Shown here: piece by piece, positions 50,795-63,321 of the stretch
Layout: each line of letters begins with the position of its first letter
Position numbering within the stretch: position 1 is the stretch's first letter
NCBI GenBank assembly: GCA_001179505.1
Contig: CDMY01000302.1
Span: 62,001 to 126,000, forward strand
DNA from: Vitrella brassicaformis CCMP3155
Lineage: Eukaryota; Protista; Chromerida
DNA: 64,000 nucleotides
Direction: 5' to 3'
Translations under genes and position numbers: made by a program
Notes under the pieces: model-generated
The model's input: the letters and a program-made list of their open reading frames with translations, nothing else
What the model was told of the DNA's origin: nothing
Database searches by the model: none

Positions 50795-51150
50795 CGATTC
50801 GCCTCACTGCTGGGGCGCCTCACTCACTGCCCATGATGCAATGCTCGTGTGCACCTGCAAGCGGGACAGACAGGCAGACAGACAGACAGTTAGACATCGG
50901 GTGAGAGATGAATGGGGGCGAGCGTCCTCCTTTGACGCGCCCTTACATGACGAATGGGCGGCAGCGGACGTCCTCAGTGGAGATGCTGCACAGAAATGGG
51001 AGCAAAGCGACAGCGGATGAATCCTCAAGCACGCTCCCTAGAGATCTTCGAGTCCCTCACCTTCCTGGAGGCTCAGATGGACAGATCGCGTAGACGCTTC
51101 CCTCACCTTTGAGCTCGCATAAAATGCGATCGCCTCCAGTTTCCCTCACG

Positions 51151-52374
51151 ATGGCTGGGCATCGTTGGCGTGTGGCGCCTCTCGACCATGACCTGCCAGA
51201 GGTGAGCCCAGCCAGAAGCGCACTCATCATCCACCAACAAAGGGAGTAGGAGGAAGATGGCTGTTTCCGTGGCTTGTGTGTGTCGTGTGTGTCCTTTGAT
51301 AGCATCTGGTGGGTCAGTGGGAAGAGCTCATGGTGCTCAAGTGGCACGAGGTCATCTACCGCCTCACGCAGGAGGGCATTGTGGCTGAGCCTGCAGCGGC
51401 TGTGAGGGACTTCCTACTCTTCATGATGCTGGTCGGTCCATGAATCACAAGCGCACACGTGTGGATGCAGCAATTGTACGTCTGTTTGCTGCCGTGATGT
51501 GTGTGTGCAGAAGGGTGTTGAGAACGACCGCAGCTGCCGCCTGTCGGTGCCGGCCCACATCGACGAGGTGTGGCACTCAGTGCTGGTCGATCCGGTGCTG
51601 TACATGTCGCTCTCGCGCATCGTCGGCATCGAACCCGTCATTCCTCAGTACGCACACGCATACAGAACACCACACAGATCACACAGTGAATCGGTGTGTG
51701 TGGCTCTTTCCCTCACCCTGACGCAGTGACCCGATGGGCGAGTACGACAGCGACGAGTTGAAGATGCGCCGCCGGCAGGCCGCCTTAGACAAGTTTGCAG
51801 AGCTCTACGGATACCGATACACATACAACCACCGGTGAGTGGGAGAGGGAGAACACACTCGATGGCGATTGTGTGGATGCCTGCCTGCCTGCGTGTGTGT
51901 GGTGTGTGTGTGCAGTGGTGTCGGATATGTGTGTGGCGCGTCGGAGTCGGCCGCTCGCAACCGTGGCGACTATGTCTTCACACAGCCACGGTACACATGA
52001 GAAGAGACACTCAGCGCATGTGCGTGCGAGGGCGCCACTCATTCTTGCAGCGAGGCCCGTGAGTACATCCAGCTGATCATGAAGACATTCGAAGGCAAGA
52101 CCTTCCACCTCTGGGCCCGCCGAGATGCCACGGTAGCGGACGTCAAGGACGGCGTGGAGCGTGTCGACGGCGCCCCGATCGAAGAGCAACGGCTCATCTT
52201 CGCTGGCAGGTGACTGAGTCCAGGACGATGGGCGCGGCGCAGAATGGTGTATGTGATGTGATTTGCCTGTGTGTGCGTCCCTGCAGGCAGCTGGAGGATG
52301 GTCGCACCTTGTCGGACTACAACGTGCAGGATGGCGCGACGATGCATATCATCCTGCGGCTGAGGGGGTGCTAG
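51151..52374 (+). CDS. DUF1399/GRDP-like domain fused to a C-terminal ubiquitin-like domain ending LRLRGC
   Basis: N-domain [11 protein letters not shown]|[24 protein letters not shown]|HDP. The Ubl reads [42 protein letters not shown]|[28 protein letters not shown]. The Ubl call is confident; the N-domain call is moderate. Confidence 0.75.
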
Positions 52375-53134
52375 AGGGGTTCATTCGAACAGCTGGACAA
52401 ACCACCAACCAACTAAGAGGGAGGGAGGGACGAAGGGAGAACGAGAGCAGATAAGATGGCGTGGGAGGGGGTGGAAGGTGGGAGGATGATCTGATGCGTG
52501 TGGTGCGTGTACATACATACAAAACACTTGGTGGCTGGCTGGATGGATGGGTCAATAGATGGGTGGGTGGCTCTCGATAGTTGCATCGCAGACAGTGTTC
52601 GGGTGCTGGACAGACAGGCAGGCAGACTCTCAGGTAGACAGATGGATCGATATCAATCAACAGGTCCGTTCTCGCTTTCGGCATATGTGTACTCAGGTCT
52701 GTTTGTGTGTATATGCCAACACACGCACACATACATGCGTACAAGGCCTCCATGCAGCCACCTAAACCGCCCCACACCCAACAGTCCAACAAACACCTCA
52801 CTCAACACAACACAACACAACACAACACACACACATGGCCAGACGGCCGGATGTCTACATGACAGCAATGTGGTTGGCACATCAACAAGAGATCTCTGTC
52901 TTTGTCTGTGGCTGGCTCTGCAGTGACTTGCAAACTGGATGCCTGTAGGTGGGGGAGTGGCCAGATGGGGGCATCAATGCGTGGCATAGCTAGACCGTGG
53001 TCGAGTGTCTCTCTACACGAAAGGTGGGGCCACATGCTGGCAGCTTCTTGTCCTCTCACAAGCACACATATGGATTCATTGAAAAAGACGCACGCACACA
53101 CTGTGCCACACAGACATGCACCTGTCATGTCATG

Positions 53135-54460
53135 TCACTTCAAGCATTTGGGGCCCTCAAGGATAGCATACAGCCTTCCCACCCCTGTCTCTAGCGTGTG
53201 TGTGTCGATGATGTACTCACTCGCCCAGAAGTCAGCCATCCTTCCTCTGCCCTTGCCTCGCTTCTCCTCTCTGCGTCTCTGCATGACCTCTGGAGGCCAG
53301 ATACGTACAGATGAGCCAGTGCACTGACGTCTCTGCCCGTGTGCATTCACCTTCCCCCTTTACACCAGCACCGCCATGGGAATCAGATAGAAAAAGCGAT
53401 CACCGGGCAGCGAGACGGCCAGCAGATCAAAGTCTCCCTCATCATACAGCCGATATGTGCGACGTCCGCCCTCCTTGCCAGCGCTCTTGTGAAGGACAAC
53501 AAGATATGAGCCGTTGGTGTGGTCGGTGCGAATGCCGGCTAGTTTGTGCTGAATGAGGAACTTCCTGCCATTCCAGCACCAGACTGCGTCGACAGGCGTG
53601 TCCTCGTAGCTGAGCTGGCGTGGACGGACATCCATACCAGCAGCAGACAGCAAAGGGGCCCATGCGGCAACGGATGCCTCGCCCTTCTGATGGCGCTCAG
53701 ACCGCTGCAGCATGATGTTCGCCAGGGAGTTCTTGGCGAATGAAGGGCCCTGATAGGCCAGCAGCAGCTTGTGGGACAGAGATGCCGGCCCATCAAGGGC
53801 CGTCGAGCATCGGAATTTCGCATGGTCCCACTTGCCATTCTCATAGACGGCAAGGAGACCAGACCTGCCGCATACTTCCTTCAGCATGGATCCGCTGTAG
53901 CACCAGATGCGGTAGTCCGAGAGAGCCACACAGACGACGGGGATGCCGGCATACTGATCGACATGATGGAACTGCCAAGCACGACCGTAGTTGCTGCTCT
54001 TCTTCTTGGTGGTCTTGACTTGCACCGGCAGCCACACATCTTCATACACGCCAAGGGAACGCACTGCAAGGTCAGTATGGGCCTTCTCATACGTCCTCTG
54101 CACCTCAAACCATCGCCTCAGCAGATCCATCACACACTGAACGCCCGAGTTGCTGATGAGCCGCAGTTTCTTCTTCTCCCATCGCTGGAGCAGAATGTCA
54201 GCAGCAGGGCTTGAGAGGAGCCGTCGATGCACAAGCTGCTGGAATTGGGTGGCGAAGGGAGAGGACGCGCTGGCAGCAGAGGCAGGGGACCGGTGGGAGC
54301 CCGATAGATGACGAGAGGCGACAGCGAGGCCCGCCTGCATCGATGAAATCACAGGATGAGGCAGAAATGGCGAGGAACGGCAGCAGAGAGGAATCCTGGC
54401 GGCGGCCGCAATGGATCGATGAGGCGCCAGCAGGCATCGGCCAACGAACAGGAGGCACAT
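53135..54460 (-). pseudogene. Intronless tandem PD-(D/E)XK-like endonuclease, copy B; premature TAA at 53360-53362
   Basis: HTDLAVRS..WLPVQVKT and TPVDAVWCWNGRKFLIQHK. Copy A's CAA is TAA here, and the frame continues unchanged to ..ILEGPKCLK* at 53135. Confidence 0.8.
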
Positions 54461-54519
54461 TTGCGGACGGCACTTGGCGCTCGTTACGATTTTGGGAGGC
54501 GCATCGGTGTACAGTACTG

Positions 54520-54735
54520 AGTGTACTGAGTGTGCTCTGTCAGCTGCTGTATCTGAGAGCCGATCGATATCCATCCATCGATCCATCCATGGTTGTCTGG
54601 TACCTGGATAATATTTGCTGCGGGGATGGCGTCTGTGTTTCTGCGGCTGTACACAGAGGGCGGCTGGAGAACTGGTGGCAGCTGACGGGAGGCGGACCAC
54701 CAGCGATGAAGCACTGCATCAAGGCGGGCCTTCAA
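54520..54735 (+). pseudogene. Internally deleted, truncated remnant of the Ctr copper transporter
   Basis: SVLCQLLYLRADR matches SVLCHVVHLRAER. It then jumps to IIFAAGMASVFLRLY[+2]RGRLENWWQLTGGGP.AMKHCIKAGL. TM2 and TM3 are absent. Confidence 0.8.
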
Positions 54736-55513
54736 GTACATTTCAACACTGTCTCCCACTCACTCCCACCCGTTCTAGGCTGCCCATCCTGTTGACGACA
54801 AACAAGACACGGAAAGGAGCCACAATTGGTCGGTCAGTTGTGGGTGTGTCTTGTCTGTCTCATAGAAGCTTTTGTCACGCGCCGATTGCCTGGAGGTGTC
54901 ACATCTTGTGTCGGTTGTGAAGCCTTTGTTGGAGACATGTTGACTCTCCCGTGTGCACACATACTGACGTATACACATCGGTGGATTGATGGATGGATAT
55001 CGCTGCAGTCGCCTGCACTGTAATCTCGTGTGAGTGCCGTCTTGCCTAGCTACATGGAAGGAAAGATGCCGCTCACGCAAATGTGAGCTCACTTTGCCAT
55101 GACTTAAACAATGATTGAGAGAGAGGTCTGCCAGGTACACACACTCCACCGTACAGTCACCTCGAGAGAGTTATGGCCGGCAGGTGAGTCAGCCACACAG
55201 CCAAACACTCTCACACATCGGCCAGGGCATCACATCAAATCGGCCAGCAGCCGATCGGATCGCACCACAGGCACTCACACCCACAGGCAGCCAGCCATGA
55301 CGACGGGCGGATATCTCTTCATACACACACAGACAGGGGGAGGGAGTGGTATGCGCTGTATCTTGAAGAAACAGATCCGCTACAGAAAGGAATAACGACA
55401 GCCAGCACTCCCTTCACCATCCTGACGACAGACACGCACACAACTGCATGACGGAAGGCATGGATCGACTTTGCGAGTGGAGTGTCTGTGGCGTACCCCA
55501 TTTGACAGATCGA

Positions 55514-57135
55514 TCAGCCGCCGGACGTGCCGCCGCCCTCCGCCTCAGCTGCGACACCGTCACCTGCCCAAGGCACACACACACACACAAATGAATGTGA
55601 GGCAGGTCCACGTGAGGGCTGGGGTGTGTGTGACTGTGTACCTCCACTGCCGTCATCCACACCGTCACCCTCATTGCCGCTGCCATCGTCGAAATCTAAA
55701 CGCCACACACACACAGCGGGAAGGCACATCTTCCATCCATCCATCCATCCAAGTGTTTACCATCGTCGCTGTCGTCATCTTGCTGTTGCTGCTGCTGCTG
55801 GTGCTGCTGCTGGTGCTGCTGCTGTGGCACTGGTCCGTCGAATATGAACGGCGCCACCGCCCCCAACGCCACGCGAGCCAACTGAGTGGTGACGGGGAAG
55901 CGGTGCTTGAACAGACCACCCACACATGCAGCCGCCTCAGTCGTCACGACACGCACGTCCACTACACACAAGGGAACAACAACATGCGACGTATGACTAG
56001 CAGAACTCCCTCCCTCTGTCACGCTGACCGATGTTATTTCCTAGGCACAAGTGCCGAATATCAATCAATGCGACGAAGGGGTGGCTGCCATCGCTCAGCA
56101 CCAGCCAGCGCCCATAAATGTCCCGGCTCAGTGTGGTCGTGCAGCCGGCCACCGGTGTGTGTGGGGACTGCATCAGTAGGTCGTCCAGACGACCGCCACC
56201 AACAGCTCTGAACCAACCACATCAACAAACGACTTGTGGTATTCCCGTTTCGACGCATTTGATGACATTGGGTTGGTACCTGTTGAGTAGAGTCGTTGTG
56301 ACATTGGTCTGGTGAGTATTGGTGAAGACGCTGAGGATATTGAGCTTGGCGAACGATGAAACAGACGCCTCGGCGATCCCCAGGCCACCGCTCGATACCC
56401 ACCCATCGGTCGAATAGTACATGCGGCTGCGCACCGGTGGGTCGTGTGGCTGCCGGTGCCGCCGGGACAGGTCGCCGGCAGGGAGGGGCGGGTCGACCTG
56501 CAGCTCGAAGCCGGGCTCGTCGACGATGGTTCGCACCTCACCGTTGCCGTGCTGGAACAGCTGCAGGCAGCTGCCGTCACTGAAGTGGATGTGGGGGCCG
56601 ACCATCTTGAGCTGCGCCAACACACGGGGAGCCGAAACATACGCCTACACACACGACCACACACAGACAGACAGAGAGACAGAGAGAGTGAGGCCCTCTC
56701 CCTCCCCTCCCCGCCCGTCTGTTTGCCGGCTCACCGTTTTGTTTGTGTGTGCGTTGATGTCAGCCCCACTGAGGGTCACAGGCAGCTCACAGTTGCCGCA
56801 CTGCCCCGCCAGCTCAATCACGTCGCCCATCTCGCCCCATGGCCCCTCCTCCACCACACACACAGCCGCCAACAGATCATGTGTGCCGAACTGGTCGGCT
56901 CGAACCGCAGCAGCCGCACTTGCTGCCCATTCACATTCGCCCGCCGCAGCCCCGCCTGTGAGCCCAGCGAGTGGCGGAGCCGATCTCTCAGCTGGGCCGC
57001 TCCGAAGAGCTTCCTGAGCCAGGTGCAGGTGGCCCTCAGCCGCACGACGTCCTTGACGCTGAGGAGGTAGCGGCTCCTCCGGCCCACACACAGGTATGAC
57101 ACGGGGTGCTGCTGCTGCTGCTCGTGGTGCTGCAT
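55514..57135 (-). pseudogene. F-box-like family copy B, frameshifted near 56898
   Basis: Colinear with 10819-12453 including introns and 3' UTR. TTC GAC GAC GAC CAG has become TTC GAG CC GAC CAG. Confidence 0.75.
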
Positions 57136-57366
57136 GGGATGTCCAGATGGGCCAAGACGGTCAGATGAGTGAGGCGGTGGTCGACGAGAGAGAGGCTGCA
57201 CAGAGCGACAGAGCCGACAGAGGATTGTGTCCATCAAGCATGCTGCTCACTCACAGATCTGTGTGCTGCTCACCTCGTTCGATGCTCAGACCAGCTCCTC
57301 CGGCAGCAGCGGTCTCAGGGAGCACCCTGGGCGGCCTGTTGCGAGCTTGGAAGCGCTTCGCTCCCG

Positions 57367-58259
57367 ATGAGCGAGAAACAACGATCTAGCAAGGCCGCCG
57401 CTGCATCAGTCGCTGACAACGACAACACGGTGACCGACGCCATGCTGACCTCCACAACCACAGCCAAGAAGCGGCAAAGAGATGCAGACGTGGGGACAGA
57501 GAGGAGAGCACGAGAAGACGAGAATGATGAAGACGAAGATGAGGATGAGGATGAGGATGAGATTGGCGAGATCGACTTGCTGCGGGCGGAGAGGGATCAG
57601 CGGCGGGCGGTGGAACAAGACGACGATGAAGATGACGAGAATGAGGGGGAGGATGAAGAGGCAGAGGGAGATGAAAAGGAGGAAGCAGACTTCGTAAGGG
57701 GGGATGGATGAATGAGTGGCTCAGATCGCTTTTGTTGCTTGGACGGGTGTGTGGCTGGTGGCTGTGTGGCTGGATGTGTGTGTGCAGGACACGCTCAACG
57801 CCGAGTTTGACTTCTGCGACCCGAGCGAAGGCGACTTCCAGGGGTACACTATTGGGCCCATGTGATGTGGCCCATACCATACACACAGGCAGTGGGTCTC
57901 ATGTCATGTGACTGCCTGTGTGTGGTTCATGGTGCAGGGTGAAGCTGTTGCTGCACGAGTGGCAGCTGTCCAAGAACTTCAACCTCTCGCAACTCGCACA
58001 GTGTGTATGCGAACAGGTGGGCACACACACGACAGGACGACACGACACACGCACATGTGCTCATGTCCATCATGTGATTGGCAGGGGAATATCGGGTCGA
58101 TCATCAAGGCTGACAGCGGGAAGGACGGGGAGGGGCAAGGTGGTGAGGGTGATGACGACGACGATGCGGCCCTGTGTGGCGTGCTGACGCTGCTCAACTT
58201 CCAGCAGTACCAAGACGTCAGTCAGATCACGAAGCACATGTACGACGGGCTCTTTATCT

Positions 58260-58297
<38 letters not shown>

Positions 58298-59464
58298 TGT
58301 GTGTCATCTGTGCAGACATTTGGCTGCCTCAAGCAGATCCGCAGCTACATCCTGGAAAAGGCCAAGTAGGCACACAGGCACACCCACACTCACACGCGTG
58401 CACCATCAGTCACTTGTGTGGTGCTCTCTGCTGGCGCTCTCCCTGTGTGTGTCAGGAAGCACGCATCAGCCGAAGACCAAGCGACACTCGGTGCGCACCG
58501 CCCACAGCCCGTTTCCTTGCAGCGAACAACTGCCACATCTCTCTCTCTTTCTCTCTCTCAGATGGCCTCCTGAAGCCGTCAAGTCCGACCTATGAGGGCG
58601 GCAAGAAGGCGTGTGTGGGTCTTTTGGTCAACGAGCGGTACATCAACTTGCCGCCCTCGCTGATCCCGCCCCTCTACCAAACCATGTGGGACGACGTCAA
58701 GTGGTCGCTTGAGACGCCGGTCTGTCAGAGAGAGAGAGAGGGAGAGAGAGGGAGGGAAGGGAATGTGCATTGCGTGTGTCTGGATGGATGTGTGTGTGTG
58801 TGTGCACACAGGAGTGCCCCGAGGACGAAAAGCAGCACTACCACTTCACCCACTTCGTCGGCATCTCGAAGTCAGCCACAGCACACACACGCTCACACAC
58901 AGAGAGAGACAAAAGCCCATCCATCTCTCTGTGCTGCCTGTGTCAACAATCAGGTTCTACCGTGACCCCACTGCTGGTGGTGGTGCTGCTGGTGGGGCGC
59001 CGAAGGGCAAGAAGAAGAAAAAACGGCAGAAGACAGACACGGCAGATGGGAGTGGCAGTAGTGGTGGTGGTGGTGGTGATGCGGTGTACGTCAAGTTTGA
59101 GGACGAGGTGTTTGTCAAGAACGCGACGCTGACATTCGAATTCCCCACCAGCAAATCGGTTAGTCATGGAGAGGGCAAACATGTGTGTGTGGCGTGTGTT
59201 GTGTTATTCATGTGTGTCTCTCAGGTTCGCATGACGTCTCGCGAGAGTGCCGGTGCATCGCAGTCCTTCCCAGAGTACAAACTGGTAGGTGCCTGAATGG
59301 CTTGCGTTGGTCGTCACACACACACCGACACAGACACGGGTGTGTTGTTTGTCTCTGTTGGCTGGTTGGTGCGGCAGGTGTATGTGGTGCCGTACTCGAA
59401 GCTGCCGTCGCTGACTGCCGCCATGAAGGAGATCGCCCCGCCGCTGCCCACACAGAACAAGTAG
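57367..59464 (+). CDS. BCCIP: BCCIP/Bcp1 family protein
   Basis: Acidic N-terminus followed by NAEFDFCDPSEGDFQG|VKLLL, GNIGSIIK, CGVLTLLN, VGLLVNERYINLPPSLIPPLY, YHFTHFVGISK and YVKFEDEVF. Confidence 0.92.
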
Positions 59465-59994
59465 TAGTGATCCGACCTGCAGGACTGGCGAGTGTATGTG
59501 TGAGTGATTTTGAGTTTGTCGTTGTGGCTCGACGGCCGGCTGTGTTTGGCCTTCCGTCGACCGGCGACATCAGTGCACTCTCACCCCTGACGTGAGAAGG
59601 CTCTCTTGTGACCGCGAGATGGAAGGAAAAACACAGTGGGCCGCTGGATGGACGGATGAACGGATGCGTGTGTCTTTTGCTAGTAAGTGAGGCATACACT
59701 GAGCGATGGGGAAGCATCTTGATCCATTGATGATGAAGGCGTCAGCAGTCAACACGCCCACACACGACATGCAGTCAAGTCAGTCTATCTGATTAACAGT
59801 GCCAAAAAAGTCATGTACCTCTCCGTCTCTCGGCCCAAAGCACATAAGCCACCCACACACACACACCCACACACACACACAGCCGACACAACAATAGAGC
59901 ACAGAGGGCGCCGTTGGCGCGCACTCACTCAGTTGACTGGTCCCTCCCCCCACCCACCAGCCAGCCAGCCGCCTGTCTGTCTGCCTGGGCTAGA

Positions 59995-61112
59995 CTAGAC
60001 GAGTGTGGGCATTGGTGGGATTCTGATGTGGGACACTTTGGTGGGGATGACCTGGTCGATGAGGCCGTACTCTCGCGCCTCGTCGGGCGACATGAAGAAG
60101 TCACGGTCGCAGTCCTCCTGATTAGTAACAGTCACAATGACACACACACACACACACAGAGACAGAGAGAGAGATGCACGCAGCAAGAAAACGGTCCTCA
60201 GCACTCGGTGCACTCACCGCGATTTTGTCGAGCGGCTGGCTTGTGAAGGCGGCCATGTAAGTGTTGAGGAGCTGTCTTGTGTAGAGGATTTCCTTGGCCT
60301 GAATCTCGATGTCGGCGGCCTGTCCCTGGGCGCCGCCCAGTGGCTGGTGGATCATGATTCTGGCGTTGGGGAGACTCTTCCGCTTGCCCTTGGTGCCGGC
60401 GCTCAGCAAGAAGGCCCCCATACTCGCCGCAATCCCGAAGCAGACCGTCTCGACGTCACAGGGGACGAACTGCATGGTGTCGAAAATGGCTAAACCGGCC
60501 GTGACGGAGCCCCCCGGGCTGTTGATGTAGAACTTGATGTCCTTTGTGGGGTCTTCGTTGGCCAAAAACAGCATCTGCGCCACCAACGCGTTGGCCACCT
60601 CGTCAGTCACCTGCACACAACACATCAATCCCATCACACCTAAGGATCTCCCCTGCTGACCCACCATTATTCACTCCTTGAGTGACTGACCTGGTTGCCG
60701 AGGAGCAGCACTCTGTCCTTGAGGAGCCGCGAGACGACATCCATCCTGCCCTCGTCCACAGTCGGCATCACCACAGGCAGCGGCTGCCCCGGCCGCCCGG
60801 GGGTGTTTGGCGGCACCGCTGCACACAACAAAACAGAACAAAACACATACACAGAGAGGCAATGCACTCACTACATCGGCTGTCTTGCCCCTCCCCCCCT
60901 CCCATCGACGCACCAGGCGGCTCATCCATTGTGGGAGGCACCCACAGTGAGGACACCTCGCCCCTGTGCGCATCTCGCCGGCTGCTTGTAGAGGTAGAGG
61001 TGGACAGCAGCCGCTGCATGAGGCTTGTGCGGGAGGGGAGAGGGGGCGTGAAGGCGGAGATCAGCGACACCAGCAGCACTGGCACCACCGCGGCAAGCGC
61101 AGGCAGCTGCAT
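59995..61112 (-). CDS. clpP: Plastid-targeted ATP-dependent Clp protease proteolytic subunit
   Basis: Signal peptide [21 protein letters not shown] plus an S/T/R-rich transit peptide. The mature part contains [36 protein letters not shown] (catalytic Ser), RIMIHQP (His) and DRDFFMS (Asp). Confidence 0.95.
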
Positions 61113-61146
61113 TATTGTTGTCTGTGTTGTGATGGGAGCAGATCTC

Positions 61147-61174
61147 TAGGGTTTCAGGGTTTAGGGTAGGGTTT
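61147..61174 (+). repeat. Short degenerate telomeric-type (TTTAGGG) array, telobox and G-quadruplex-competent motif
   Basis: tagggtttcagggtttagggtagggttt has four GGG tracts with loops of 5, 4 and 2 nt. It lies in the 156-bp divergent intergenic space. Confidence 0.75.
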
Positions 61175-61268
61175 TTTGTCCATTTTCTTGGCCAACACAC
61201 AAGGAGTTTCCAGCAAAAAGGCTTCTTTCCGCGATATCTCTCCAAAAACGGACGGCAACAGGCAGACG

Positions 61269-63286
61269 ATGATCTCCAGCGTCGTGTTCATCGCCCTCCT
61301 GGGCCTTCAGGCCACGCTGGCACAGGTGCGCTCGTGTGGTGTGGCTGTGGGCGGCGGGCGGCGGTCGGGCGGCTTCCTTCCGTCAGATCTTCCATTGGAT
61401 GGCACAGAACGGCAGATTCGGCCGTAGATCTGCCCATCCATCCATCCATCTCGCTGTGGTGCGGTGTGTTGTGCGCTCTGCTGTGTGCAGGTTGCGGTGG
61501 AAGGCACATCGCGGGACGCCGTCGTGCGGACCCACGAAGATAAGAAGGACCAGGTCAGCACAGCTGCTCCCGACACACAAAAACCATGTGATCTCCGTCA
61601 CGGTGGTGATGTTGTGCGGTGAATTGTGCGGTGGTGTTGCAGCAGGTAGTGTCGTCGTCGTTTGTCCAGGGGGGCCACCACAACATCCTCCGCGGCCGTG
61701 AGAGCAACACCAACACCCACACAGCTGAGGGCCGTGCAGATGCACCACCACCACCAGCGGCGGCGGGGTCGACTTATGCCGATAGCTACAGCGACCACTT
61801 GGCGGAGGCGGAGGACCGGGAGGAGGAGGATGACGACCCCATTGTGGAGCTGATGCAGATCCACGAGTCCCACCACACCACACAGGACAACACAGACGGG
61901 ATCGTTGCAGATGGTGAGCAACTGCTGAGAGGGAGGGAGGGAGGGAGAGATATGGATGGATGGATGGATGAATGGATGGATGGTGGATGTTGCAGGCGCC
62001 GCAGAGAGACCTCCTCAGAACAAGGCCGAGCCCCTCCCCCATCAGCCTTTCCCTCTGCAGCAGAACGCCTCAACGGTCCCCGCTTTGGCGCCCATCAAAA
62101 TAAGCGACGGCGGTCACACCAAGCCCAACCAGGTGGCCGGCGATGGCCGCGACACACACACACACACACACACGGGATTTTCTCTCCTTGACGTGTGTGT
62201 GTGTGTGCAGCAGGTGGCAGCGGCCTCTTTTGCCGAGGAGGGCCGCAACATCCTCCGCCGTGAGACCACCAACACGCACACAGAGGCCTCTGGGGACGAC
62301 TACAGTGAGCGTCTGGAGGAGGACGTCGAGCTGATGCAGCTGGACGAGGGCCACCACACCGCACACGCACACAACAACACGCACAACAGCACACAGACAC
62401 GGACACACGAGGGAGAGGTGGGGGCTGTGGCGGGGGAGATGGAGGGGTACAAGGAGGCGCTGCTGCTGGAGGAGGACAATGACGACGACCCCATATCCCT
62501 GATGCAAGTGGACGAGGCCCACCACACCGCACACACACACACATCTGGTGGGTGGGCAAACACACACACGCACACACAGAGGGAGAGGGAGAGGGAGAGG
62601 GAGAAAGAGAGAGATGTGTGTGTATGTGTGTTGATGGTGTGTGTGTGTGTTGAAGGGATGGAGAGTGCAGATGAGTTTGACTCATATTTCGCAGAGCCGC
62701 CGCAGCAGCACGCCGACGAAGGACACGCCGAACACAGCTGCGGCGAGGGGGAAGGTTCGCCTGCTGAGACCCCCCCCACACACAACACACGGCATACACA
62801 CACACACACATATGCAATGGAATCCTCTGTGTAGGCTGCATGGCTGGGTGCGGGGATACGGATAAGGACGGCTGCAAGTGCTCCCCTCGAGTCAAGATTG
62901 AGTAGGGAAGGAAACCACGCTCACACACACACACACATGGATCCATGAGCCAACACACGTGTCGCGAGTGTATGTGTGTCTTCTTCTTGTGTGGGTATGT
63001 GTGTGTGTGGTCACAGGTTCGAAAAGGACTACTTCCTCACGCGTAAGCCACCCACCACCACCCCCAACACGCACACACACACAGAGATCCCTCCATCCCT
63101 TGTGGCCATGCCATCTCTCTCCCAGAGACCTTCGAGCGCCTCAACTTCCCCTCCACCACTCTCTGCATGGCCGACAGCGTGTCAGTCGGCCCCAAATGCA
63201 ACACTACCAAATGCAACACACCCAAATCAACAAATACCAAGTGAGCCAGCCAAACACACGACACGCAGTGCAGGCAGTGCAGTGGA

Positions 63287-63321
<35 letters not shown>

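Noticed and set aside
50804-51028. Upstream ORF as a targeting leader for cysteine synthase
   Set aside because: An in-frame TGA lies four codons before the ATG at 50794, and I found no convincing splice that bypasses it.
14882-61112. Functional clustering of proteostasis genes (ClpB, ClpP, USP, Ubl, F-box) or of ion transport genes
   Set aside because: The products act in different compartments, are far apart and on mixed strands. Such genes are common enough to co-occur by chance.
61147-61174. True chromosome end
   Set aside because: Only four degenerate units, with genes on both sides.
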